Of a stretch of DNA of 64,000 nt, positions 51,624 through 61,319 are shown piece after piece. Numbering within the stretch: the stretch's first letter is position 1; each line of letters opens with the position of its first letter. The notes below the pieces were generated by a model. That model did not search any database, had not been told where the DNA came from, and was given only the letters and a program-made list of their open reading frames with translations. Made by a program: the position numbers and the translations under genes. Location of the stretch: the NCBI GenBank assembly GCA_963778655.1, contig CAVZVA010000005.1, positions 576,001 to 640,000 on the forward strand. Direction: 5' to 3'. The DNA is from an uncultured delta proteobacterium (GTDB taxonomy: Bacteria > Myxococcota_A > Polyangia > Polyangiales > JAFGIB01).

Positions 51624-52121
51624 CTAGGCAGCGGCGCCCAGGCGCGGCTGCGGCTCGCCCGGCGTCACAAGCTCGACGTTGCACAGCTCGAGCTCGAGCC
51701 AGCGCAGCACCCGGCCCAGCGCCCACGCTGGCCCGGCTTCCGGCTGGGCGCCAGCCAGCGCCAGGCCGTCGGTCACGCGGAAGCTCGGGTCCAGCCGCTT
51801 GCGCAGGCAGAAGCCGCGAAAATCCGCCGGCCACAGGCGCTCGGCCTGAACCCCGACAGCCAGCGCGCGCACTTCGCCCGCGTCGAACACCAGGGCCTCG
51901 GAGGGAGTTGCGACCGGCCCTGAGATCCACTGGATTTCATGTGCGATCGCCGAGTCTTGCAGATGAATCCTGACTGGGATTGGAAGTCCGGCGAGGTGCT
52001 GTGCCGGCAGCTCCAGCAGCTCGCGGCCAGGCACCTCGGGGCGCGTCCGCACGGGCTCCCAGCTGCGTCGGCCCCGTGCGGGTCCCTCGGCGGCGGCTGC
52101 GCTGGTAGCAGACGGGATCAT
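51624..52121 (-). CDS. Hypothetical protein
   Basis: Fills the gap between crcB and the ABC1 kinase gene; no recognisable motif. Confidence 0.55.
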   Translation of the reverse strand: MIPSATSAAAAEGPARGRRSWEPVRTRPEVPGRELLELPAQHLAGLPIPVRIHLQDSAIAHEIQWISGPVATPSEALVFDAGEVRALAVGVQAERLWPADFRGFCLRKRLDPSFRVTDGLALAGAQPEAGPAWALGRVLRWLELELCNVELVTPGEPQPRLGAAA

Positions 52122-52183
52122 CTGGCCTCCCGTTCAGTATATAGACCCGCGCCGCGCTCGCGCAAGCGCACAGCGCCCTACGC

Positions 52184-53845
52184 TCAGCGCGGCGGGCGGT
52201 TCTTGCCCAGCGCCATCGACGCGCTGTGCAGCAGCCCCCAGGCGGCGGCGCCGCCGAGCATGGCCCAGCCCAGCAGCACGTGCTCGCCCGCCAGCAGCAC
52301 CGCGCCGGCAACCAGCGCCGCGGCCAGCACCAGGCCGCTGAAGATCCGGCGCCCGAGCCGCTCCTGCGCGTGCATCAGCGAGCTCTGCCGGACCTCCAGC
52401 GTGAGCCGTCCCTGGCGCAGATCTTCCAGGATGTCGTCCGCGAGCCCGGGTAGCTCGGTCGCGGTCGAGCCCAGCCGCGTGGCCAGGTGAAGCAGATCGT
52501 TGGTGATGCGCTCGGGCGAGTAGCGGGCGCCCAGAATTCCGGCAACGTACGGGCGCACCTCTGCGGCCACGTTGAGCTGCGGGTAGATCTGGCGCGCGAT
52601 GCCCTCGATCGTCATCAGAGACTTGCCCACCAACATGAAGTCCGGCGGCACCTCGATGCCGTAGCGCACTGCGCCCCCCGCCAGGTCGCGGATCAGCTCC
52701 GCGAACTCGACCTCTTCCAGACGCTTGTGCAGGTACTTGTCCGCCAGGCGCTCGACCTCGGCCTCGAACGCGCTGCGGTCGATGCGCCGGGTGGGGTGGC
52801 CGATCGCGTACAGCGCCGCGGCCATCGCCCGATAGTCCTCCCGCCCGATGGCGAGCACCAGATCGACCAGGCGATCGCGCAGCTTGGGGCTGAGCCGGCC
52901 CACCAGGCCGAGGTCGATCAGGCCGAGCACCGGCTGGTCGGCGCTGCCGCTGATGAGAATGTTGCCCGGGTGCGGATCGGCGTGAAAGAAGCCGTGCTCG
53001 AAGATCATGCGCACGGTGACCTGCACCGCCGTCTTCGCGATGCGCTCGGCGCTGGCACCGTGGGCGACCGCATCCAGCACCTTCTCGCCCGCGATGTGCG
53101 ACAGCGTGATCACCTTGCGCGAAGAGGCCTCGCGATAGACCGCGGGAAACACCACCGCTGGCAGGTCCGCGAAGTTCTCGGCAAAGCGCTTGGCGTTGTC
53201 GGCCTCCTGGGCGTAGTCGAGCTCCGCGCTGATCGCGCGATCGAACTCGTCGACCAGCTTTACGGGCGAGTACAGCGCGGCTTCCGGCACCGAGCGTTGA
53301 ATCGCGTGGGCCAACCAGTAGAGCAGGTCGATGTCGCGCTCGATGGTGGATGCCACGCCGGGGCGCTGCACCTTGACCACCACGTCGCGCTCGCCTTCCG
53401 CGGTGCGCAGGCGGGCCCGGTAGACCTGACCGATCGAGGCCGACGCTATCGGATTCGGATCGAGCTCGACGAAGAGCTGGTCGACCGGCGCGCCGAGTTG
53501 CTGCTCGATCACGTCCCGCATCTGGTCGAAGGGCACGGGCGGTACGTCGTCCTGAAGGCGCTGCAGCTCGTCGATGATCTCCTGCGGCACCAGGTCGGGG
53601 CGCGTCGAGACGATCTGTCCCAGCTTGACGAAGGACGGTCCCAGCTCCTCGAGCACGCGGCGGATGCGCACGGCGGTGCTGGTCTTGGCCTCGGGCGCCG
53701 CCTTGTCGCTCATCCACGGCGCGAGACTGCCGAGGCCGGTGCGTTCGACCAGCTCGCCGAAGCCGTGCCGTGCGAGCACCGAGGCGATCTCGCGCAGGCG
53801 GCCGAGATCGCGCACGGTGTGCAGCAGCGAGGGCATGGCTCTCAT
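52184..53845 (-). CDS. ABC1/UbiB (AarF) atypical kinase
   Basis: GPSFVKLGQ, ASASIGQVYRA, VVKVQRP, FFHADPHPGN and IDLGLVG motifs; two C-terminal TM segments. Confidence 0.92.
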   Translation of the reverse strand: MRAMPSLLHTVRDLGRLREIASVLARHGFGELVERTGLGSLAPWMSDKAAPEAKTSTAVRIRRVLEELGPSFVKLGQIVSTRPDLVPQEIIDELQRLQDDVPPVPFDQMRDVIEQQLGAPVDQLFVELDPNPIASASIGQVYRARLRTAEGERDVVVKVQRPGVASTIERDIDLLYWLAHAIQRSVPEAALYSPVKLVDEFDRAISAELDYAQEADNAKRFAENFADLPAVVFPAVYREASSRKVITLSHIAGEKVLDAVAHGASAERIAKTAVQVTVRMIFEHGFFHADPHPGNILISGSADQPVLGLIDLGLVGRLSPKLRDRLVDLVLAIGREDYRAMAAALYAIGHPTRRIDRSAFEAEVERLADKYLHKRLEEVEFAELIRDLAGGAVRYGIEVPPDFMLVGKSLMTIEGIARQIYPQLNVAAEVRPYVAGILGARYSPERITNDLLHLATRLGSTATELPGLADDILEDLRQGRLTLEVRQSSLMHAQERLGRRIFSGLVLAAALVAGAVLLAGEHVLLGWAMLGGAAAWGLLHSASMALGKNRPPR

Positions 53846-53848
53846 CGC

Positions 53849-54076
53849 CTAGGGTCCCGCGTCCCCAGCGCCGGCGGCTGGCGCCGGGGCCTGTGCGCCG
53901 GCCCCCGCATCGGGTGCGGCCGTCGAAGCGTCCGCGGGCGCGGGCGGCGCGGGCTTGGGGGCCTGCAACGGGGCCTCGATTGGAGGGTACTCAGGTGGCA
54001 GCTCGGCGTGCGATGCGCATCCGGCGCACAGCCCCAAGAGGGTCGCTGCAAGCGGTCGAACGGCGCGGGCCAGCAC
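53849..54076 (-). CDS. Small Pro/Ala-rich lipoprotein
   Basis: Lipobox CAGC after a hydrophobic stretch; stop 3 bp before the ABC1 kinase start. Confidence 0.55.
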   Translation of the reverse strand: MLARAVRPLAATLLGLCAGCASHAELPPEYPPIEAPLQAPKPAPPAPADASTAAPDAGAGAQAPAPAAGAGDAGP

Positions 54077-54215
54077 GCGCTTGCCATACCGCAGGAGGCC
54101 CTCGCCGCAAAGGCCGGCGCCCGAAACAGGCCTGGCCCGGAGCGAGAAGTCGAGCGATTTGCAGATGTTTCGGGTCAGAAACACAATAGAAACAATCAGC
54201 GGGTACCTCCTTTAG

Positions 54216-54584
<369 letters not shown>

Positions 54585-54607
54585 GCGCGCGGAGTTTCGG
54601 CAGCGAT

Positions 54608-54631
54608 TCGGGGTCGCACGCGCGACCCCGA
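54608..54631 (+). terminator. Perfect 10-bp stem hairpin after glnB
   Basis: TCGGGGTCGC-ACGC-GCGACCCCGA; no U-tract. Confidence 0.45.
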
Positions 54632-54775
54632 TCCGGCCCGGGGAGGTTGGGGCTGCCTTCCGTAGGCGGGAGAACCTGCGGTTTGACGGGCTCTCCGCAG
54701 GTCGGCTAGCATCCGGAGACGGGTTCGCGGCTGAGCGCGTGACAAAAACGCCTTTGATCGCGACGTGTTGCCGTC

Positions 54776-55636
54776 ATGCCGGTCGCCTCGCTCGTTGCCG
54801 CCACCTCGCTTCGGGTGCTCCCCCGCAAGCGCTTAAGCCGCGTTTTGGGCCAGCTGGCGCGGGTCGGGGCTCCCGAGGCGGTGCTACGCACGGCGGTGCA
54901 CGCCTACTGCCGGACCTACGATGTCGACCTCGCCGACTTCGAGGTGCCTGCCGGTGGCTTTCCGAGCTTCGACGCGTTCTTTACCCGCAGGCTGCGGGAA
55001 GGCGTTCGAACCGTCGACCCCGACCCGGACGCGATCGTGTCGCCCGCCGACGGCCGGGTCGAGGATCTGGGGGTGATCGAGCCGGGCGCGATCATGCGGG
55101 TCAAGGGACGTAGCTACGAAGTGGGCGAGCTGCTGGGCGACCCCGCCGCGGGCGCCGAGCTGGAGGGCGGTCACTTCGCGGTGATCTACTTGTCCCCGAG
55201 GGACTACCACCGCGTGCACGCCCCGGTGAGCGGGCCGGTCAGTGCGCTGCGCCACATTCCCGGCACACTGTTTCCCGTCAACAACATCGGAGTGCGCCAT
55301 GTCCCGCGGCTGCTCGCGCGCAACGAGCGCGTCGCCGTTCACCAGCGCAGCGAGCGCTGCGGTCGCGTGATCACGGTGATGGTCGGTGCGATCGGCGTGG
55401 GCCGCATCAGCCTGAGCTTCGACGACTCCGTGATCACCAACGCGGGGCGTCGGGCGGGGCTAAGCGTGTACGGCGACTATCCGCCGGTGCTCGAGCGCGG
55501 TGCCGAGCTCGGCGTGTTTCATCTCGGCTCGACGGTGGTGTTGCTGATCGCACCCGGTCGATCGCGGTCGCTGGTCCTTCGTCCCGGTGATCGCGTACGC
55601 ATGGGCGACGCCATCGCTCGGAAGGGCAGCGAATGA
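54776..55636 (+). CDS. psd: Phosphatidylserine decarboxylase proenzyme
   Basis: FFTRRL, SPADG, YLSPRDYHRVHAP and FHLGSTVV (LGST cleavage site). Confidence 0.93.
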   Translation: MPVASLVAATSLRVLPRKRLSRVLGQLARVGAPEAVLRTAVHAYCRTYDVDLADFEVPAGGFPSFDAFFTRRLREGVRTVDPDPDAIVSPADGRVEDLGVIEPGAIMRVKGRSYEVGELLGDPAAGAELEGGHFAVIYLSPRDYHRVHAPVSGPVSALRHIPGTLFPVNNIGVRHVPRLLARNERVAVHQRSERCGRVITVMVGAIGVGRISLSFDDSVITNAGRRAGLSVYGDYPPVLERGAELGVFHLGSTVVLLIAPGRSRSLVLRPGDRVRMGDAIARKGSE

Positions 55637-57579
55637 GCGAGGACACGAGCGCGAAACGGTCCGCACGCCGCCGGCGGACCACGCGTGCCGGCCGGCGCAG
55701 CGCGTTTCGCATGCCCGAGGGCGTCGCGCACGACAGCTGGCGGCCGGAGTACCGGGAGGCACAGGGCGAGGGCGGGGACCTCGAAGGCGAGGACGATCTG
55801 CTCGAGGAAGACGCGGGCGCCGGCGAGGACGCGGACGACGATCGCCACGACACGTTCGAGATGCGGGCGACGGATGGCGGCGATCCGCCGGCGCAGGACG
55901 ATCCGGCTGCGGCGCTCACGCCGCTGCCGGCGTCGCCCGACGACGAGAAGACGCTGCCGCGCATTCGCGTCGACGAGGCGATCGAGTCGGCCGCGTCGCG
56001 AGCTGCAGGCCGGGGCGACTCCGATGCCGACCCGCTGACCAATCCCAGGATCCCGATCGCCGGGCTCGGCTTCAGCGAGGCTGCTCCCGCAGGACCGCCG
56101 CCCGCGGTCCTGATCGCGCGCGCGCAGATCATCAGCGACCCGCCACCGCCACCGCGCCCGCGTGCGGAGCCGGTTGAGCAGCCGAAGCCGGCGGCACCGG
56201 TGCCGCATCCGGTCGAGCAAGAGCGCGAGTCGGTGCCGGAGCTCGAAGCGCTGCCCGAGCGCGAGTCGGTGCCGGAGCTCGAAGCGCTGCCCGAGCGCGA
56301 GTCGGTGCCGGAGCTCGAAGCGCTGCCCGAGCGCGAGTCGGTGCCGGAGCTCGAAGCGCTGCCCGAGCGCGAGTCGGTGCCGGAGCTCGAAGCGCTGCCC
56401 GAGCCCGAAGCCGCCACCTTGGTGGGCGCGCCATCGCCTGCGGCAGAGCCTGCGCGAGCGCGACCCGAGCTGGCCGCAGCCGACGTCGCGCAGATCCCGG
56501 ACGTGGAGCTCGAAGAGGGCGGCCTGCAGCTGGTCGACGTGGAAGATGTGGGCGGCGCGCCCGCGCGCACGCCCCCGCCCCCGCCGCCCAGCCCGCGTCT
56601 GGAGTCGAGCTCGCTGCCGCCCACAGGCCGGCCCAAGCCACCTCCGCCCGTGACGGCGCGCGCCGAAGCGGCCTCGGCGCCGCCTGCCGCGCGGCCGAAG
56701 CCGCCGCCTCCGCCCGGCGCTCGAAGCGAGGACGATCGCCAGAAGCGCAAGCAGGCGCGGCAATGGTGGGAGCGCTTTTTCTCCGACGACTACCTGATGA
56801 CAGTGCTGACGCCCAACGCGGCGCAGATCGCCAAGCAGGTCGACTTCATAGAGGCCAGCCTCGGCTTGCCCAAGGCGGCGACGGTGTTGGACGTGGGCTG
56901 TGGCCTGGGCCTGCATGCGGTCGAGCTGGCGCGGCGCGGATATCTGGTGGTCGGGCTCGACCTGTCGCTGGCCATGATCACGCGCGCTGCCGAGACCGCG
57001 CAGGAGCAAGGGCTCAAGATCAACTTCATCCACGCCGACATCCGTGAGATGGAGTTCGACGGCGCGTTCGATGCTGTGATCTGCATGGGGACCACGCTGG
57101 GCTTCTTCGACGAGGACTCCAACCGCGACGTTCTCACGCGTCTCTATCAGGCGCTGCGGCCCGGGGGCCGGCTGCTGGTCGAGGTGGTCAACCGCGACTA
57201 CGTGATCGGCTGTCAACCCAACCTGGTGTGGTTTGAGGGCGACGGCTGCGTGTGCATGGAAGAAAGCGACTTCAACTACTTCACTTCGCGCCTGACCGTG
57301 AAACGCACGTTGATGCGCGAGGACGGACAGCAGAGCAACGCGGAGTATTCGTTGCGGTTGTATTCGCTGCACGAGCTGGGACAGCTGATGCAACAGGTGG
57401 GTTTCCGCGTGATCGACGTCAGCGGGCAGGAGGCGATCCGAGGCGCGTTTTTCGGCGTGCAGTCACCGCGCATCTTGATGCTGGCCGAGCGCCGGGCGCC
57501 GGGGCGGTTGTCGACCGCGATGCCGCCGGAGCGGGCCAGCGCCGAGATCGCGAAGCCGCCGCCCAAGCCCGAACTCTAG
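55633..57579 (+). CDS. Class I SAM methyltransferase with long disordered acidic/Pro-rich N-terminus
   Basis: VLDVGCGLG, VGLDLS and LRPGGRLL motifs; ATGA overlap with psd. Confidence 0.85.
   Translation: MSEDTSAKRSARRRRTTRAGRRSAFRMPEGVAHDSWRPEYREAQGEGGDLEGEDDLLEEDAGAGEDADDDRHDTFEMRATDGGDPPAQDDPAAALTPLPASPDDEKTLPRIRVDEAIESAASRAAGRGDSDADPLTNPRIPIAGLGFSEAAPAGPPPAVLIARAQIISDPPPPPRPRAEPVEQPKPAAPVPHPVEQERESVPELEALPERESVPELEALPERESVPELEALPERESVPELEALPERESVPELEALPEPEAATLVGAPSPAAEPARARPELAAADVAQIPDVELEEGGLQLVDVEDVGGAPARTPPPPPPSPRLESSSLPPTGRPKPPPPVTARAEAASAPPAARPKPPPPPGARSEDDRQKRKQARQWWERFFSDDYLMTVLTPNAAQIAKQVDFIEASLGLPKAATVLDVGCGLGLHAVELARRGYLVVGLDLSLAMITRAAETAQEQGLKINFIHADIREMEFDGAFDAVICMGTTLGFFDEDSNRDVLTRLYQALRPGGRLLVEVVNRDYVIGCQPNLVWFEGDGCVCMEESDFNYFTSRLTVKRTLMREDGQQSNAEYSLRLYSLHELGQLMQQVGFRVIDVSGQEAIRGAFFGVQSPRILMLAERRAPGRLSTAMPPERASAEIAKPPPKPEL
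56221..56400 (+). repeat. Perfect 36-bp tandem repeat x5 encoding ERESVPELEALP
   Basis: GAGCGCGAGTCGGTGCCGGAGCTCGAAGCGCTGCCC repeated 5 times with no spacers. Confidence 0.95.
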
Positions 57580-57620
57580 CGACGCGCCTCAGATCCTCGC
57601 TCCGGTTCTCGAGGCCAGGC

Positions 57621-58268
57621 TCAATTGGCCAGCGTGCCCGTGAGATCGTAGTGAGCGCTGCAGGGTAGCGCCTGGAAAGGACCGGCCTGGGTGGCCAGCA
57701 GGGCGCTGCAGTCGCCGGACGCGGCGTGCAGGTCGATGTCATTGTCGGCCTGAAGGTCGTCCGCTGCGCCGGTCCCGGCATCGTAAGCGCCGGTGGCGTC
57801 GCCGCCGTCCGCGCTCTGCGTGCGGTTGAGGCGGCCGCGCACGTGCTCTGCGACCGTGAGCTGGCACGGCAGGGTCGGCGGTGCGTCGAGCTGGTCGTAG
57901 ACCTGAGGGTTGGCGAGCTTGCTCGGATCCATCTCGATCAAGGCTTCGACTGGATCCATGGGCATGGCGCCGCCCACCTGGTAGGTCGACTGCAGCTCGA
58001 ACGCGAAGCTGCCATCAGCGTCGAGCTCGCCGCTGCGCGCGGGGGGGACGTTCTGCACCCAGTAGGCGGTGCCATCGCTCTCGCGGATCTGCACGTCGAA
58101 GCTGAGCGTGCTGGCGGCGGGCAGCGCCGCGCTGCCGCAGCTGTTGTCGGTCAGGGCGCCTGTGATGTGATAAGCGCCGACCAAGTCACCCGGCGGCTCG
58201 GGCGTCTTGCATGCGCACAGCCAAAGCGCGAGCGACGCGAGACACGGAGCCAGCACACGCGAGCGCAC
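57621..58268 (-). CDS. Hypothetical lipoprotein
   Basis: Lipobox LCAC; paired Cys residues. Confidence 0.7.
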   Translation of the reverse strand: MRSRVLAPCLASLALWLCACKTPEPPGDLVGAYHITGALTDNSCGSAALPAASTLSFDVQIRESDGTAYWVQNVPPARSGELDADGSFAFELQSTYQVGGAMPMDPVEALIEMDPSKLANPQVYDQLDAPPTLPCQLTVAEHVRGRLNRTQSADGGDATGAYDAGTGAADDLQADNDIDLHAASGDCSALLATQAGPFQALPCSAHYDLTGTLAN

Positions 58269-58336
58269 GGCTTTTCGCGTACCGCGGCGCGCCGCGAACG
58301 GTCAAGAAAAGCGCCGAGCCCGCCGGCGGAACCCGG

Positions 58337-59851
58337 TCAGCCGCGGGTGCGCTGGTGGGGCGCCTTGGGTGCCGTTGTGTCGGGCGCGGCCTTGCCCTGG
58401 TCCGGGCAGCCGTCCTGGTCCTCGACACCGTCGATGTCCTCCGGCTGGTCCGGACACTGATCCTCGTCGTCGGGAATGCCGTCGCCGTCGTAGTCGGTTT
58501 CCGGGCAGCCGTCTTCATCTCCGAAGCCGTCGGTGTCCTCCGGCACGTCCGGGCACTTGTCGACGTTGTCCGGCACGCCGTCGCGGTCGCGGTCATTGTC
58601 CGGGCAGCCGTCCTCGTCGCGATCGCCGTCCTTGTCCTCGGGCTCGTTGGGGCACGAGTCGTAGCCGTCCTGGATGCCGTCGTTGTCGTTGTCGAGGTCG
58701 GGACAGCCGTCGGTGTCTTGGAAGCCGTCCGCATCCTCCGGCTGGTCGGGGCACTTGTCGGTGGCGTCGGGGATGCCGTCGTTGTCGTTGTCGAGGTCGG
58801 GACAGCCGTCGTCGTCCTGGAAGCCGTCCTTGTCTTCGCGCTCGGTGGGACAAGCGTCGTTCTTGTCCGGGACCCCGTCGCCGTCGCTGTCCAATCCCTG
58901 CGGCCGGTAGCTCGCGCCCGCGACCGCGCGCACGTCCGGCACGCCTACGCCGCTGATCAAGCCTGTGCCCAAGCCGGCCAGGATGGCGAAGTCGCCGACC
59001 GAGATCTCGCCGGCGATGCGCGCCTCGAGTGGGTTCTCGTCCAGGCGGCTGGTGAGGTGGGTCGCGCCGGTCACCTCTCCGATCACGCGCACCAGCGGCG
59101 TTGCCTGGAAGCTGCCGCCGGCACCGTAGATCATCTCGGAGCCGACCTTGGTCGACAGCAGCTCGCGCTCGGGGCGAAACACGCCTCCGACGTTCACCGC
59201 GAGGTTGAGCTTGCTTGTCCCGTACTCGGCCACGACGTGGCCGCCGCCGGTCACGGTGGCGTCGCCGATGCTGCGCGCCTTGGCGATGGCCTGGCCGATG
59301 GGCGCGGTCGCGAAGCCCACCACGGCCAGCGAAAAGCCTTCACTGCCCTGCCCGACCAGCCGCACCTTCGCGCTCAGCCGTGGATCGCCGAGGCCCAGCG
59401 CGTTGCCGCCGCGGATGTCGACGTAGGGTTGGCTGTAGCCGGGCGTTGCGGCGCCGAAGCTGTCGCCGCTGGTCGCGATGATCGGCACCACCAGCCCGAG
59501 CTGCAAGCGTTGCCAGAGCGTCAGCGTGCCCATGGCATCGAAGGCCAGCTGATAGGAGACGATGTTGACCTTGGACTGCTTGACCGAGCACTTGTTCGGA
59601 TCGCCGCCGCTGCAGGTCGCCGTATACAGGGCGAAGGGCCGATGGGCGAAGTCGATGAACAGCCCCGCGCTGGGGGTGAGGTGTCCCCCGATCACGGCCC
59701 CGTCGACCATGATGTAGTTGCCCGGCCCCGGTGCAGGCGTGAATCGGTTGGCCGAGAAACGGTCGTTTGGGATCGACTGCGCGTTGGCCTGAACGCTCGC
59801 GCCCAGCGCACCCAGCAGTGAAAGAACCCCTAGAATCAAGTTCCCGCGCAT
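58337..59851 (-). CDS. Outer-membrane beta-barrel protein with thrombospondin type 3 repeats and no OmpA_C domain
   Basis: Signal peptide, LGDPRLSAK barrel region, five DxDxDGxPDxxDxCP...DGCP repeats. Confidence 0.8.
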   Translation of the reverse strand: MRGNLILGVLSLLGALGASVQANAQSIPNDRFSANRFTPAPGPGNYIMVDGAVIGGHLTPSAGLFIDFAHRPFALYTATCSGGDPNKCSVKQSKVNIVSYQLAFDAMGTLTLWQRLQLGLVVPIIATSGDSFGAATPGYSQPYVDIRGGNALGLGDPRLSAKVRLVGQGSEGFSLAVVGFATAPIGQAIAKARSIGDATVTGGGHVVAEYGTSKLNLAVNVGGVFRPERELLSTKVGSEMIYGAGGSFQATPLVRVIGEVTGATHLTSRLDENPLEARIAGEISVGDFAILAGLGTGLISGVGVPDVRAVAGASYRPQGLDSDGDGVPDKNDACPTEREDKDGFQDDDGCPDLDNDNDGIPDATDKCPDQPEDADGFQDTDGCPDLDNDNDGIQDGYDSCPNEPEDKDGDRDEDGCPDNDRDRDGVPDNVDKCPDVPEDTDGFGDEDGCPETDYDGDGIPDDEDQCPDQPEDIDGVEDQDGCPDQGKAAPDTTAPKAPHQRTRG

Positions 59852-60110
59852 CGATGATGTCCCCGACGCTGGGCGAGCAAAACCGAGGGCGCCAAGCATG
59901 AAGATTCGCGCGACTATGGCATCGATCGGGCGGCGATTTCAATCCCGACGTGAAGCTGGTTGCACGCGGCGCGCGCGCGCACCAGGTATCGCGTGTCCGT
60001 GTCATGCGCACGCATGCATACATGCGACTGTGGCACGCCCGGGGCTGAAAGCGTGAGCTTGGCCTCGCGAAATCGGATCGCAGCTGGAGCGCGATCGAAG
60101 CCGCGGAACG

Positions 60111-60890
60111 TCAGTACGCGACCTCGAAGTCGCAATTGAAGGTGACGTCGGCAGCGACCGCGACACCGTTGCGATCGAGTGGCGGCACGAATGGTGGCGC
60201 TTGGCGCAGCATCTCGCGGCACGCCGAAGCGAACGCGAAGCCGGTAGGGGACTCCTGCAGCACGCGGATGTCGCCGACCCGCCCGCTGGGCAGGATGCGC
60301 AACCGCACCACGACCTTGCCCTCGACGCCCTGCAGGTGCGCGCGCCTGGGGTAGTTGCGCTCGAGCAGCGCGTTCAACCCGGCGGGCGGCGCGGGCTTGC
60401 GCGACAGCGATCCGAGCGCCACCACGCGAGGGCCGACCGGGCCGGTCTTGGCGGCAGCCTGCTGCGGGGCGGGGCCCTGGCGGCTGGCGATCTTGCCGAC
60501 GGGCCCCTTGAGCGGCGCGCCACTGCCGACCACGGTGGACCAGCTCGCGCCGTTTTCGGCGGTCAGGGTCACGCCGGTGAAGTCCGCGACCTCTTCGGGC
60601 GGCGGCGCCGCGGGCTGGGGCGGTGGCTCGGCGGGCTTGGGGGCCGCCCTGTGCGGCGCGACCTTGGGCGGGTCGGGCGGCGGCTCCGGCTCCTTTTCCT
60701 TGGGCTTGGGCGGCTCCACCACCGGCGGCGGCTTGGGCGGGTCAATCACCTCGAACTCGGCTTCGTGCATCGCCAGCACGCGCGAGGGTGGAGGCACCAG
60801 GCCGAGCGCGGAGAACACCACGATGTGCGTCGACGCGCTCATCGCGAGCAGGCCGAATGTTCGAGCTCGGACACTTCCGCGGACAGTCAC
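60111..60890 (-). CDS. tonB: TonB family energy transducer
   Basis: TM segment with SxxxH, Pro/Lys-rich linker, YPRRA..GVEGKV C-terminal domain. Confidence 0.85.
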   Translation of the reverse strand: MTVRGSVRARTFGLLAMSASTHIVVFSALGLVPPPSRVLAMHEAEFEVIDPPKPPPVVEPPKPKEKEPEPPPDPPKVAPHRAAPKPAEPPPQPAAPPPEEVADFTGVTLTAENGASWSTVVGSGAPLKGPVGKIASRQGPAPQQAAAKTGPVGPRVVALGSLSRKPAPPAGLNALLERNYPRRAHLQGVEGKVVVRLRILPSGRVGDIRVLQESPTGFAFASACREMLRQAPPFVPPLDRNGVAVAADVTFNCDFEVAY

Positions 60891-61309
60891 TTCTTCTTCA
60901 TGTCTTCGAGGGGACTGGTGTTGATCGCAAACTTGGTGACTTTCTCGCGGCGCAGTAGGTCGATCACCGAGACCACTTCGGCGTGCATCACCCGGCCGTC
61001 GGCAGAGATGATCGCTTTGAGGTCGGGATCCTTGGCATACGCGGAGTGCACGCGCTGCTGCAGCTCGGTCTTGTCGATCGAGGTTCCGTCCAGATACAGC
61101 TTGCCCGCCACGTCGATCGAGATCGACATCGTCGGCGTGGTCGCCTCCCCGGTGGCCGCCTTGGGCAGCTCCACGTTGATCGCCTTGTTGACGAGGTAGC
61201 TCGAGGTCACCATCAACACGATCAGCAGCACGAGCACGATGTCGACCAACGGCGTGACGTTGATCGAGGTGATCATCTCCTCGTCGTCTTGCTTTACGCC
61301 GCCTGCCAT
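60887..61309 (-). CDS. exbD: ExbD/TolR family protein
   Basis: INVTPLVDIVLVLLIVLMVT and ISADG motifs. Confidence 0.92.
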   Translation of the reverse strand: MAGGVKQDDEEMITSINVTPLVDIVLVLLIVLMVTSSYLVNKAINVELPKAATGEATTPTMSISIDVAGKLYLDGTSIDKTELQQRVHSAYAKDPDLKAIISADGRVMHAEVVSVIDLLRREKVTKFAINTSPLEDMKKK

Positions 61310-61319
61310 GACGCCTCCG

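Noticed and set aside
56221..56400. 36-bp repeats as a CRISPR array
   Set aside because: Units are head-to-tail with no spacers, lie in frame inside a CDS, and no cas genes are present.
58400..58890. DNA-level repeats as a mobile or non-coding array
   Set aside because: Explained by thrombospondin type 3 protein repeats with synonymous variation.
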